Positions 51,601 through 64,000 of a stretch of 64,000 nucleotides of DNA are shown one piece after another. Source of the DNA: Eledone cirrhosa (Eukaryota); contig OZ024745.1 in NCBI GenBank assembly GCA_964016885.1, positions 27,466,001 through 27,530,000 of the forward strand, given 5' to 3'. A program made the position numbers and the translations under genes. Every line of letters starts with the position of its first letter. Position 1 is the first letter of the stretch. Below the pieces are notes generated by a model. It made no database searches. It saw only the letters and a list, made by a program, of their open reading frames with translations, and was not told the DNA's origin.

Positions 51601-54600
51601 CTAAGCTAACATTAACTTCAACACTAAAACAAACACTAATGCTAACAGAGATACTAACACAAATATTAACACAAAAACAAATACTAACACTCACACAATC
51701 TCCAACACTAACCTTAACACTAAAACTAACATTAACTTGAATACTTACACTAAAACTAACACTAACAGAGATACTAACACAAATATTAACACAAAAACAA
51801 ATACTAACACTAACACAATCTCTAACACTAACCTTAACACTAAAACTAACATTAACTTGAACAATTACACTAAAACTAACACTAACAGAGATACTAACAC
51901 AAATATTAACACAAAAACAAACACGAACACAATCTCTAACACTAAAACTAACATTAACTTGAACACTAACACTAACCTGAAAACTAAGCTAATATTAACC
52001 TGAACACTAACACAAACACTCATGCTAACACTAACAGAAATACTAATGCTAACATTAACGCTAACCTTAACACAAAAACAAAGACTAACGCAATCACTAA
52101 CACTAATGGAAACATCAAACACTAATGCTAACAGAGATACTAACACAAATATTAACACAAAAACAAATACTAATACTCACACAATCTCCAACACTAACCT
52201 TAACACTAAAACTAACATTAACTTGAATACTTACACTAAAACTAACACTAACAGAGATACTAACACAAATATTAACACAAAAACAAATACTAACACTAAC
52301 ACAATCTCTAACACTAACCTTAACACTAAAACTAACATTAACTTGAACACTTACACTAAAACTAACACTAACAGAGATACTAACACAAATATTAACACAA
52401 AAACAAACACGAACACAATCTCTAACACTAAAACTAACATTAACTTGAACACTAACACTAACCTGAAAACTAAGCTAATATTAACCTGAACACTAACACA
52501 AACACTCATGCTAACACTAACAGAAATACTAATGCTAACATTAACGCTAACCTTAACACAAAAACAAAGACTAACGCTAACGCAATCACTAACACTAATG
52601 GAAACATCAAACACTAATGCTAACAGAGATACTAACACAAATATTAACACAAAAACATATACTAACACTAACACAATCTCTAACACTAACCTTAACACTA
52701 AAACTAACATTAACTTGAACACTTACACTAAAACTAACACTAACAGAGATACTAACACAAATATTAACACAAAAACAAACACGAACACAATCTCTAACAC
52801 TAAAACTAACATTAACTTGAACACTAACCTGAAAACTAAGCTAACATTAACCTGAACACTAACACAAACACTCATGCTAACACTAACAGAAATACTAATG
52901 CTAACATTAACGCTAACCTTAACACAAAAACAAAGACTAACGCTAACGCAATCACTAACACTAATGGAAACATCAAACACTAATGCTAACAGAGATACTA
53001 ACACAAATATTAACACAAAAACATATACCAACACTAACACAATCTCTAACACTCACCTTAACACTAAAACTAACATTAACTTGAACACTAACCTGAACAC
53101 TAACAGAGATACTAACACAAATATTAACACAAAAACAAACACTAACACAATCTCTAACACTAAAACTAACATTAATCTGAACACTAACACAAACACTCAT
53201 GCTAACACTAACAGAAATACTAATGCTATCATTAACACAAAAACAAAGACTAACGCTAACGCAATCACTAACACTAATGGAAACATCAATCACTAATGCT
53301 AACAGAGATACTAACACAAATATTAACACAAATATTAACCCAAAAACAAACACTAACACAATCTCTAACACTAACCTTAACACTAAAACTAACATTAACA
53401 CTTACACTAAAACTAACAAAAATTCAGAGAAAAAAGTCATCTTAAGATATAGAAGATAGGCATTACATTTTAATGATTTTAATTTAAAGAGAAGCATGCT
53501 ATACGATGCAACACAATAACACACCACACTAACCTACACTACACCAAACCAGATTATACCATACCTTGGTAAATTTATGATAGGTTTCTATGTTATAACT
53601 ACACCAAAGCAAACCACACCAAAGCAAACCACACCATAACAAACTACACCATACTACATCACACCATGCTATTGAACTCAGTGTGAAAAATTTTCTTCCT
53701 GCTTTTTTTGTCTTTTTTTGTGTTTGTGCTTACCACCCAATCTGACCTTAAAAGTGTTCGCAATTAACTATTTTTTGCACATATTATCAATGAAGACTTT
53801 GAAACCTGTTGAAAATGACTAGCTTTGTAGAAAAAAGAGGGCGGAAAGTGGGTGGAAATACCATTCACAAAGCTTGTCATTTTTGATTGCAGTGAAAGTC
53901 ATATTTGTTGTTAATATGGTAATGGAGGTACATGGCTTAGTGGTTAGAGCATTGGCCTTGCAATCGAAAGGTTGTGAGTTCAATTCTCAGACCAGGTGGT
54001 GTGTTGTTTCCTTGAGCAAGACACTTTATTTCACATTGCTCCAGTTTACTCAGCTGTAGAAATGAGATAATAGGGACCCCAGTCCCTATCATTCCACTGC
54101 AAAGTGGTCGTGTAGGTGCCACGGCAAAAACCACCCAGCACACACTGTAAATGAGGTTGGTGTTAGGAAGGGCATCCAGCTGTAGAAATCCAGCCAGAAT
54201 CAGTTCCCGTCCCACCCTTGCAAGCAGGGAAAAGTGGACGTAAAATGATGATGATGGTAAAAGCATAGTCGGCTGTGAGCATGTTGGAGGTTGGAAAACC
54301 ATACCACATTAAACTACACCATACCAAACTACACCATACTACATCACACCATGCTATTAATATCAGTGAGAACATTTTTCTTCCTGTTTTTTTTTTTTTC
54401 TGTATGGGTGGTAAGCACACACACACACAATCTGATATCAAAGGTGCTCACAAATGACTATTTTTTTACACATTATCAATGTATATAACATGGAAACCTA
54501 TCATTTGCAATAGGTTCCCATGTCATAACTACAACAATCCAAACTACACCATTCTACATCACACCATGCTTTTGATCTCAGTGTGAAAAATTTTCTTCCT

Positions 54601-56160
54601 GTTTTTTTTTTTTTTTTTTGTGTGTGTGTTCTTACCACCCAATCTGACATCAAAGGTGCTGCAATTGACTATTTTTCGCACATATTATCAATAATTATGA
54701 CATGGAAGACTGTCTAAAATGACGAGCTTTGTAGAAAAAAGAGGGAGGATGTGGGTGGAAATACCATTTACAAAGCTAGTCATTTTTTATTGCAGCGGAA
54801 GTCATATTTTTTGTTAATATGCTAAAAGCATAGTCCACTGCGAGCATCTTGGAAGTTGTATTAGTTGATAACACATGCAAAAGTGAAGGAAAAAAATTTT
54901 TTCTTACATAAATCAGAGTGGAAATTTAATTCCTTACTTATATCAAAGCACACCACACCACATTATCCTACTCCAAACCACACCATATCAAACAGCACCA
55001 TATTATGGTAAATTTATTACAGAACACCTACTCTTATCATTTACATCACACCATGGTATGGACATCAATGTGACAAATTTGCTACCTGCTTATTTTTTTT
55101 TTTTTTGTGGTTACCACCCAAACTAACATCAAAGGTACTTGCAAATGACTATTTTCCCACATTATCAATGAATATGACATGGGAATCTATCGTTTAGAAT
55201 TGGTTTCCATTTCATAACTTCACCAAACCAAACCACACCATACCAAGTTACACCATACTACATCACACCAAGCTATTGATCTTGGTGTGAACATTTTTTT
55301 CCTGTTTCCTTTTTTTTTTTCTGTGTGCTTACCACCCAATCTGACATTAAAGGTGCTCCCAATTTACTTTTTTTTTCACATATCAATAATAATGACATGG
55401 AAATCTGTCGAAAATGACTCTTTGTAGAAACTTCACCAAACCACACCATACTACATCACACCAAGATATTGATTTTGGTGTGACAAATTTTCATCTGGCA
55501 TTTTTTTTTTTTTTTTTTTTTTTTGTGCTTACCACCGAATTTGACATAAAAGGTGCTCGCAAATTACTATTTTATGCACATATTATCAATGGTTATGACA
55601 TGGAAACCTGATGAAAATGACTAGCTTTGTAGAAAAAAGAGGGAGGATGTGGGTGGAAATACCATTTACAAAGCTAGCCATTTTTTATTGCAGCGGAAGT
55701 CATATTTTTTGTTAATATGCTAAAAGCATAGGCCACTGCGAGCTTCTTGGAAGTTGATAGCAGATGCAAAAATGAAGAAAAATTTTTTTTCTAACAAATC
55801 AAAGTGGAAATTTAAATCCTCACTTATAACATAGCACACCACAGCACATTAATCTACCCCAATCCACACCATAACCATACTTCACTATATGGTAAATTTA
55901 TTACAAAACACCTACTCCTACCATTTACATTACACCAATGCTCGCAGTTGACTATTTTTTTCACATATTATGAATGAATATAACTTTGAAACTTATCGCC
56001 AATGATTAGCTTTGTAGAAAAATGAAGGCAGAAAGTGGGTGGAAAAACCATTCACAAAGCTAGTCATTTTTAATTGCAGTGGAAATCATATTTGTTGTTA
56101 ATATGCTAAAAAAATAGTCAATTGCAAGCATTTTGGAGGTCGGATTAGTTGATAGGACAT
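48617..56160 (+). repeat. Segmental tandem duplication, copy 2 (lacks the GCTGAC array, fewer 890-bp units, extra SINE)
   Basis: Colinear with 36393-48616. Confidence 0.85.
53923..54253 (+). mobile_element. Full-length SINE family A with 7-bp TSD
   Basis: A-box TGGCTTAGTGG, B-box GTTCAATTC, (ATG)n tail; TSD ATGGTAA at 53916-22 and 54254-60. Confidence 0.92.
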
Positions 56161-56314
56161 AAAAAAACAAAGGAAAACAAATATTGTCTATATGTTCCTG
56201 TGGAAAGTCAGGTCTTCTGTATTACTGTGTGACGCCAGAGGTTATGGTCATGTGTCATTGCCCTTGAGAGGTGCAATTGGGAAAGGTTGGCTTAGAAAAT
56301 TTACTTCTGCGTTC

Positions 56315-56394
56315 ACAGATTGATTTTTTTTTTAGTTTCAGAAGATCCCATTCAGGGTGAAAGCAACCGATTCTTTGCTTAAACTTTAATCTGT
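56315..56394 (+). ncRNA. Putative type I hammerhead ribozyme with variant core CAGAAGA
   Basis: Stem I ACAGATTGA[T10]AGTTT / AAACT-TTAATCTGT; stem II CCC/GGG; GAAA; stem III GCAA/TTGC; predicted cut after 56380. Confidence 0.62.
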
Positions 56395-56669
56395 TATTTT
56401 AATAAATATTTGCTCTATGGTTCTTATATATTTGATATATATTTATCCTTATCGAGCCCTCTTTGGATGTTAGTCTTCAAATTTATTATTATTACTATTT
56501 GGCTCCCTTGACTTATATTCATCATGAAGAAACATCTGAATATTTCTACAAAGAACATACCCGTACCAAGCAGGAAGAAATACCTAAAACTACGTCTCTA
56601 CGAACCAAAGTATCGCCTTCCTGTCTTCCTTCGGTTGCAACGTTTTTTGAAATATTTACTTCTGCGTTC

Positions 56670-56750
56670 ACAGATTGATTTTTTTTTTTAGTTTCAGAAG
56701 ATCCCATTAAGGGTGAAAGCAGCCGATTCTTTGCTTAAACTTTAATCTGT
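56670..56750 (+). ncRNA. Putative type I hammerhead ribozyme, second copy
   Basis: Same fold; differences only in loop II, bulge length and an A-U to G-U pair in stem III; predicted cut after 56736. Confidence 0.62.
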
Positions 56751-56875
56751 TATTTTAATAAATATTTGCTACGGTTCTTATATAATTGATATATATTTAT
56801 CCCTATCGAGCCCTCTTTGGATTTTAGTCTTTATATGTATTATTATTACTATATATGTGTGTGTGTATATATATT

Positions 56876-57245
56876 GAGAGCATTGGCCTTGCAATCGAAA
56901 GGTTGTGAGTTCAATTCGCACACCGGGTGATGTGTTGTTTCCTTGAGCAAGACACTTTATTTCACATTGCTCCAGTTTACTCAGCTGTCGAAATGAGATG
57001 ATAGGACTGGGGTCCCTATCATTCCACTGCAAAGTGGTCGTGGAGGTGCCACGGCAAAAAAGCACCCAGCCCACACTGTAAAGTGGATGTGGAGGTGCCA
57101 CGGGAAAAAAGCACCCAGCACTCACTGTAAATGAGGTTGGTGTTAGGAAGGGCATCCAGCTGTAGAAATCAAGCCAGAATCAGTTCCCGTCCCACCCTTG
57201 CAAGCAGGGAAAAAGTGGACGTAAAATGAAATGATGATGATGATG
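56876..57245 (+). mobile_element. SINE family A (5'-truncated, internal subrepeat duplicated)
   Basis: Matches 9681-10000 and 53923-54253; (GAT)n tail. Confidence 0.9.
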
Positions 57246-57247
57246 AA

Positions 57248-57570
57248 TGCTCCCAGCTGTGGTCACCCCATAGTATCAAACTAACCATGGAGCTTGAAGC
57301 AATCCAATGAAGCTACACCAAGAAGGTTGCCACGATGAAGGAGATAAACTACTGGGAGAGTCTAAAAGAACTGAAACTCTACTCCTCGGAATGAAGACGG
57401 GAGAGATATGCAATGATATACATATGGAAAATCCTGGAGGGACTAAGACCAAACTTTCGCATTGAGAGCTGGACCAATTCTCGAACAGGACGTCACTGTG
57501 TGGTACCAAAGGTCCCGTCTTCCACATCTAGAATCAGGAGCAGCTATTGCAATAGCCTGGGGTTTGGCCC
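57248..57570 (+). mobile_element. CR1-group LINE 3' fragment
   Basis: Homologous to 60434-60985 (YWESLKELKLYS, IYIWKILEGL, YCNSLGF). Confidence 0.7.
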
Positions 57571-57647
57571 TCAACTTGGTTTTCAAAATTTAAATTTGTG
57601 TTTCCTATTCATCAATGCTTCAAGCAAGCTATAAAACTGTTATATTT

Positions 57648-58018
57648 CATCATCATCATTTTATGTCAGTTCTTCTACGCTAGCATGGGTTGTCCTGTTG
57701 TGGGCAGTGTCCAGTTGGCTGACCTTGTCTTGCTCATACGGGAACTGATTCTGTCTTGATTTCTACAGCTGGCTGCCCTTCCTAACACCAACCTCATTTA
57801 CAGTGAGTGCTGGGTGTTTTTTTTTTTTTTTTTTTTTTTTTCCAGTGGAATTATAGGGACCCCAGTCCTATCATCTCATCTCATTTCTACAGTTGAGTAA
57901 ACTGGAGCAATGTGAAATAAAGTGTCTTGCTCAAGGAAACAACACATCACCCGGTCCGGGAATTAAACTCACAACCTTTCAATTGCAAGCCCAATGCTCT
58001 AACCACTGAACCATGTGC
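57648..58018 (-). mobile_element. SINE family A in inverted orientation, with an RTE-type tail
   Basis: Reverse-complement head at 57850-58018, AGGAAGGGCA motif ~57775, (CAT)n at 57648. Confidence 0.8.
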
Positions 58019-58019
58019 C

Positions 58020-59005
58020 TTCTATTGTTGGCAATGTTAGGTCAGGTGACCATGTCTTGCTCATAAAGAACTGATTTTGGCTTGGTTTCTACAGCTGGAT
58101 GCCCTTCCTAATGCCAAGCTCATGAGTACTGGGTGTTTTTTGTTGTGATTCCTCCACGACTACTTTACAGTGTAGACTGGGTGTTTTTTACCGTGTCACC
58201 ATCACGACCACTTTACAGTGTTTCGGCCTGTTCTCATGAAAGATATATTGGCGGGTGGGATGGGGTGGTGCATACTGTATGTATGTTTCAGCCTTGGCCT
58301 GGGCCCGTGGGAAGTTGAGGTTTCTGTATTACCTCATAACGCCAGAGATCTTGGTGCTGTGTCATTGCCTTTCAGGGGTGCAACTGGGCAAGGTCGGCTT
58401 TTATCACTTCATCTGGGACTTTATGTCGCTGTCATCCTTCATATGCATCACATGTCCATACCAATGTAATCTCCTCTCTTGCACACAGCATTTAATTCCT
58501 CTTATGCCTAGTTTCTCTTTCAGTTTGTTTATGCTTTGCTGTTCGCGTATATTACTATTACACATCCATCGGAACATACAAGCTTCATTCCTTTCTAATC
58601 TACGCAAGTCTTCTACACACAGCGCCCAGCTCTCACTACCATGTAACATTGCCGTTCATATGCACACATCATACAGTCTACCTTTTATTCTGAGGGAAAA
58701 GCCTTTTGTATCCAGCTGTGGCAGTAGCTCCCTCAACTTCTTCCATCCCGTTCTTTCAGAACCCCCCCCCCCCCCCCCCCCCCCTCCGCTGCTAATTCGG
58801 TATTGTTTTTACCAAGTCCTCTCAGACTTTGATGTCACTTGTTTTCAGTGATTGTTTGCTGCTTACTGTCCTGGTGCAACTGCTACATGTAAAGCCTACA
58901 TTCTTAATTAAACTTCCTGAGATCCCACTACATCTCTTGTGTACCCATAGTTTGCATATGGGGCAGAGGATGGAGTTTCTACCTACACCTCTCCTACATA
59001 ATGAG
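58020..59005 (-). mobile_element. RTE 3' fragment of the PHD-insert family
   Basis: CSLCRRGVGRNSILCPICKLWVHKRC...FTCSSC; MLHGSESW...RLERNEA...RRLHWYGHV; 3'UTR. Confidence 0.85.
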
Positions 59006-59057
59006 CACACACACACACACACACATATATATACACACACTCACATATATATATATA

Positions 59058-60130
59058 CTAGCCGAATTACCAGCGCCTTGCTGCGTTTCACACATTTTTT
59101 TGTAAGAAAATGATGATTGATTTTAAATCAGTGATATAATTTATGGAGAAAAACTCAATATTGCTCAATGTAAAATTTAATGCATGAAAAATAGGAAAAC
59201 ATTATTTTTTGTAATATATCAAATCAAAATTGCATTATTAAATCTTATTCTTATTTTGTTTCTTGTAAATAATTTTTTTCAAAATATCAATTGAAAACTT
59301 TTGTGAATAGGCATCATATCTTCTCATTTACCTATGGTTTAAGTTTCATATAAATCGAAAGGGAAAAGTTTTCAGCGGGGGGTTTGTACCCCCGGGAACC
59401 CTAATAGGGGGTTTAACCACCATTAAGGTGTCTTATAGTATTGAAATTTTGTGAATAGGCATCATATCTCTTCATTTATCTATGGTTTAAATTGCATATA
59501 AATCTAACCAAAAATTTTCAGCGGGGATTTTGTGCCCCCTGGTGAACCCTAATAGGGGGTTTAACCCCCATCAGGGTATTGTAATTTTATTGAACTTTGC
59601 TGAAATGATGTGAATAGGCATCATATCTTGTTTACCTATGGTTTAAATTGCATATAAATCGAAGGGAAAACATTTTCAGCAGGGGTTTGTGCCACCGGTG
59701 AACCCTAATAGGGGGTTTAACCCCCATTAGGGTATTTTAATTTTATTGAAATTTGCTGAAATTTTGTGAATAAGCATCATATCTTGTCATTTACCTATGG
59801 TTTAAATTTCATATAAATCGAAGGTAAAGTTTCAGTGGCGGTTTTGTGACCCCGATGAACCCTTTGATTAAAATGAAATATACTTATACAAGTACCCTGG
59901 GCAATGTAGTTTCAGAATATATATGGTTATGGGGGTCTATCTCCAAAACCATAGGAGGAGTTCGTAAAATCTTGTTCCATTTATTGGCCAAACTTTTCAC
60001 GATAGGGAGTTTAACCCCCATTAGGGTGTCTTAATATTATTGAAATTTGCACACACACATCACACATATATATATATACACACAAACACACACACATATA
60101 TATATGTACACACACACACATATTTATATC
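59058..60130 (-). mobile_element. Non-autonomous Helitron-like element with ~150-160 bp internal tandem repeat
   Basis: Minus strand ends with hairpin CAGC-AAGGC-GCTG, ~9 nt, then CTAG|T; four subunits at ~59302, 59450, 59610, 59765. Confidence 0.6.
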
Positions 60131-60433
60131 TTTTAGCAGAGCATTTTAATATTGCCACTCAATGAAAACCATTTGTTTGGAATAAATGAATCTTAAAAAA
60201 TAGGAGTGTTTGTCTACTTAGCACCAATTTACTACCCTCCCCTACCACCAGAAAATGTATAAATACCACCATATTACTTTGACAGTTGGCTTTTCTGATG
60301 ATTTCCCCCGAATGAAACAGTTCTAGTCCTGTTGAAGCCATTTCTATATTAAATATATATATATATACTCTTTTAGCTGTTCCAGCCATCTGGCTGAGAC
60401 CATGATTGGGCACTGCCCTTGTTGCTACATATT

Positions 60434-60985
60434 CTATCTCCAGCCTGTGTTGGCTGGCCATTGATGTAAGAGGGAGTTCGTTGCTGCTGCCCTTAGGTTA
60501 CCTTTGTACCGTGATGTGGGCTCATCCAGGATCCTGGATAACAGGGTGTCGAAAAGTTTCTTGAAAATATCCACGGCCACACCATGTAGATCTCTCAAAT
60601 CCCTCGGCAGTTTGTTGAAGAGTTGAGGGCCTTTGAACCCCAGTCTATTGCAATATCTGCTTCTTGTTCTAGATGTGGAAGACGGGACCTTTGTCACCAC
60701 ACAGTGACGTCCTGTTCGGAGGTTGGTCCCGCTCTCAATACCAAAGTTTGGCGCTAGTCTCTTCAGGATTTTCCATATGTATATCACTGCGTATTTCTCC
60801 CGTCTTCGTTCCAAGGAGTAGAGTTTCAGTTCTTTTAGCCTCTCCCAGTAGCTCATCTCCTTCATCGTGCAATCCTCTTGGTGTAGCTTCGTTGGATTGT
60901 CTCAAGTTCCGTGGTTAGTTTGATACTATGGGGTGACCACAGCTGGGAGCAATAGTCCAGGCGGCTTAGGACAAATGGCCTTCAT
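60434..60985 (-). mobile_element. CR1-group LINE 3' fragment
   Basis: MSYWERLKELKLYSLERRRE...GPQLFNKLP...RAAATNSL. Confidence 0.75.
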
Positions 60986-61214
60986 AGTATCAACATGGTC
61001 TCCCAGTCTCTTATATAGAAAACCTCAAGTAAAAAGTCAAGATTTGTTTCGATTTAACAGAGCAGAAAGAATTCGCGTCAGAATATTCCAACCAATCCAG
61101 CCTATATCAGCTGAATAAATATGTATATGGAGATATATATATACACACCCACATGCACATATATATATATACACACACGCACACACACATATATATACAT
61201 ACACACATACATAC

Positions 61215-61840
61215 ATGATGGCTGCCCCCTCGTTATCGAGTATGGCCATTGCACGATATACCATTATTAATAATTATTAATTAATTCTATCGTGCAATGC
61301 CTGTGCATGAAGATATTTTTTTAAATGAGGAAAGACTGTGCACTGAGCCAATCCCACTCTCTGAGCAACAGTAGCTATAACCCGAAAAGAAGAAAATATC
61401 AATATCATCGGTAACTACTGAGCCGCAGGTTTTATATCGGAGTTATCCCAGTTTCCTGAGTTGCCTTCTCCTAGAAGAATGCCCTGACAAAGGCTAGGGG
61501 TCCTTCACTCCCAGTGGTTTAACCGCGCAATCGGGTGTCCAGCCCGATTATTTCTATGTCCCCGCGCATGTACATACACATGCACCCATGTATATACACA
61601 TATACATATACATACATATGTACATGTGTATATACATATTTACACACTTTTGGATGGCCGTTGACTCTTATGAGATCTTCTGCCCTTTGTCAGGTTTTGT
61701 CTTTTGTCCTGCAGGGTGTCCAAAATCACCCCCCTCACCAAGTAAACTTGGTGGGGTTGCCGGGTTAGTCGCCGACGACCCGACCATGCGACAGGTTGTA
61801 CTGGGTTACATGTTACCAATAGCACTCAAGAGTGACCCGA
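61215..61840 (-). mobile_element. Putative non-autonomous RTE derivative (5'UTR-like part plus 3' end), split by a microsatellite
   Basis: Minus strand has CTAGGAGAAGGCAACTC (RTE 5' motif) and a 3' end ATGGCCATACTCGATAACGAGGGGGCAGCCATCAT resembling the end of the adjacent LINE. Confidence 0.5.
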
Positions 61841-61862
61841 CATACATACATACATACTACAT

Positions 61863-64000
61863 AATGGCTGCAAACTCGTGTTCAAGTATTGCCATCGCCC
61901 GATAAAATGTTCAAAAATGTGACTCTTTAAACCAGCGAAATACTTGCACCCTCTGGCACACACATGGCAACTTTAGGTTCCCCTGAAACCTTCCATTGCT
62001 TTGTTCTGGCTGTATGTTCACATGTATCTTTTAAGACCTCCCATGCTTGTACATTTCTTGCACCTTTTCAGATCATGATCTACATGAGGTCTACTGATAT
62101 GACTTTGTTCATGTCTAATCAAACCAGCTTTGCTCAGGCTGACTCGACCACAGTGCTGGCAAACCAGATGATGTTCAACAGCAGGCAGTTCAGAACAGTC
62201 TCAATCCTCACCTTCTTTTTCAGTGTTAGGTGTTCTCTCTGACGAGTTTCAAAGTGTTCATCACCTGACTTGATCAAACGTCTCCACTTCACACGCTCGT
62301 CAGCCATTTTCTTCCATTCGTCAGATGAAATTCTAGCAGAAACCAAGGTGCCTCTGATACAGTCATGGTACCGCCTTTTTGGTTTATGTGGTGGTCGCCT
62401 TCCTTCACACAGTTCTCCATAGAGAAGTTGCTTTGGAATACGATCATCAGACATCCGGACCACGTGACTGCACCACCTCAACCAATACCGAAAGATTTTG
62501 CTCTCTATAGTCATGCACCTGCTCCGTTCTAGAACTTCCAAATCACTGGAGGACATTTTCCACCTCACCCCAAGTAACTTATGAAGAGATTGTTGGTGAA
62601 ATCTCTCCAGATCCTTGAGGTGCTTTCTGTATGTGACCCACGTTTCACAAACATAAAGTAAAGAGGAGACGACACAAGTCAGATACACTTTCACCTTGGT
62701 TTCGATAGTGATACCTCGTCTGGACCATAAACGTTGATGCAGCCGTCCAAAAGCATCACTGGCTTTCTTGATTCTTAAGGATATTTCATTATCATGTGTG
62801 CATGAAGTGTTCAAGGTAAACAAACTTGTCAGCAACTTTTAGCCTCTTTCCGTACACGTACACACTTGGTGCAGTGTACTCGTTTCCAGGTACTGGATGA
62901 TACATCTCAACAGTCTTTTCCAAGCTTATTGTGACGCCCAAAGTGCTGCAAGCTGCAGAAAAAGAGTTCATAATATGCTGCATGTCACTTTGTGAGTGTG
63001 CAAAAAGATCGCAGTCGTCTGCATACAAAAACTCTCGGATTATAGATGTTAATACCTTTGTGCTTGTACCAAAGTGCCTGGTGTTGAACAACCTTCCTGA
63101 AGTGCAATACCTGATATAAACCCCATGAGAACAATATTTGAATGCCATGAGAAACACTATCGTAAAATATGAGGAAAACAGAGTTGGAGCCGGAATGTCT
63201 CCCTGCTTTACTCCATTTTCAACTGATATTGGTTCAGAGATGCTACCACCAATACTGACCAAAGCCTTCATGTCATCATGGAAAAGATGCAGAATCTTCT
63301 ACCCTACCTTGGATTTTTTTCCCACAAAGCAGTTCGATTGACAGTGTCAAAGGCCTTTGTCAAGTCAACAAAGACCTGGTAAAGGTCCATATATTGTTCG
63401 ATACACTTTTCTTGCAGCTGCCGAGCAAAAACGATCATATCCACTGTTCCTCTTTCGTTTCTGAACCCACACTGCGACTCAGGCAACACATTCAGAGCAA
63501 CTCTTGGGACCAATCTATCCATCAATATTTGACACGACTTTACCAACTACTGAAAGAAGGGATATGACATGATAATTGCCACATTTGTCCTTGCCGTCCT
63601 TTCCTTTATGTAGAATCACCATGAGCGCATCCTTCTTGTGGGACATTCTCATCTTCCCACACCATTTTCATGAGGTCAGTCAGGCGCTGCGTGAAGTTTT
63701 CACCACCACACTTCAAAACCGCTCCACTCAGACCATCCATACCAGGAGACGTACCACAGTTCAGCTTATGCACAACAGAAGTCCCCTCTGCAAGAGAAGA
63801 TACATTAGCCATCTCATATGCTTCACTGGTTCAATAGGAATGGAACAAATGAAATCATCATCAACCTGGGATGGTTGGTTTAAGAGCTCGTCAAAGTGAT
63901 CTCTTATCTGTCGAGTGTCTTTTGGGTCGCGCAGTAATTGCTTGCCATCTTTCGATCTCAAAGGGGCCACTGGAGAGCTGAAAGGGCCTTACACCTCTGT
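61863..64000 (-). mobile_element. RTE/BovB-like LINE, degraded, running off the right edge
   Basis: LPESQCGFR, FVDLTKAFD, GVKQGD, LYADD, RMSDDRIPKQLLYGEL; C-terminal C2H2 remnants; (TATG)n tail. Confidence 0.9.

Larger units (their letters stand above)
56300..56851 (+). mobile_element. Internally deleted Penelope-like element: two ~195-bp direct repeats (pLTR-like) flanking a 160-bp core
   Basis: Repeats at 56300-56495 and 56655-56851; ATG at 56524 reads MKKHLNISTKNIPVPSRKKYLKL, resembling PLE ORF N-termini; hammerhead fold in each repeat. Confidence 0.65.

Noticed and set aside
53923-53995. tRNA gene
   Set aside because: A/B boxes are present, but there is no proper cloverleaf and it continues into a SINE body with tail and TSD

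Overview
Repeat-rich, AT-rich eukaryotic DNA. The tandem C2H2 genes lacking a KRAB domain, RTE LINEs and tRNA-derived SINEs fit a coleoid cephalopod such as Octopus (inferred, not verified). Layout: a 25-28 bp satellite (1-7.4 kb); two paralogous minus-strand C2H2 zinc-finger genes (11 and 12 fingers) with relic fingers, LINE/SINE insertions and MITEs (7.6-23.7 kb); a Tc1/Tc3-like DD34E transposon; a head-to-tail pair of R4/Dong-like RLE retrotransposons (27.6-34 kb); a ~12 kb tandem segmental duplication of nested repeats (36.4-56.2 kb); and a tail of PLE, SINE, CR1, Helitron-like and RTE/BovB-like remnants. Most notable: (i) a 356-nt Penelope-derived unit bounded by two fully foldable hammerhead ribozymes with a variant CAGAAGA core; (ii) antisense hammerhead-like motifs at the 3' termini of both R4-like copies; (iii) a PHD-like finger inside the RT domain of an RTE family; (iv) a twin-priming-type inversion in a non-L1 LINE; (v) cryptic phase-compatible exons inside the duplicated block. 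All alignments and folds were done by eye, and boundaries of degraded elements are approximate.
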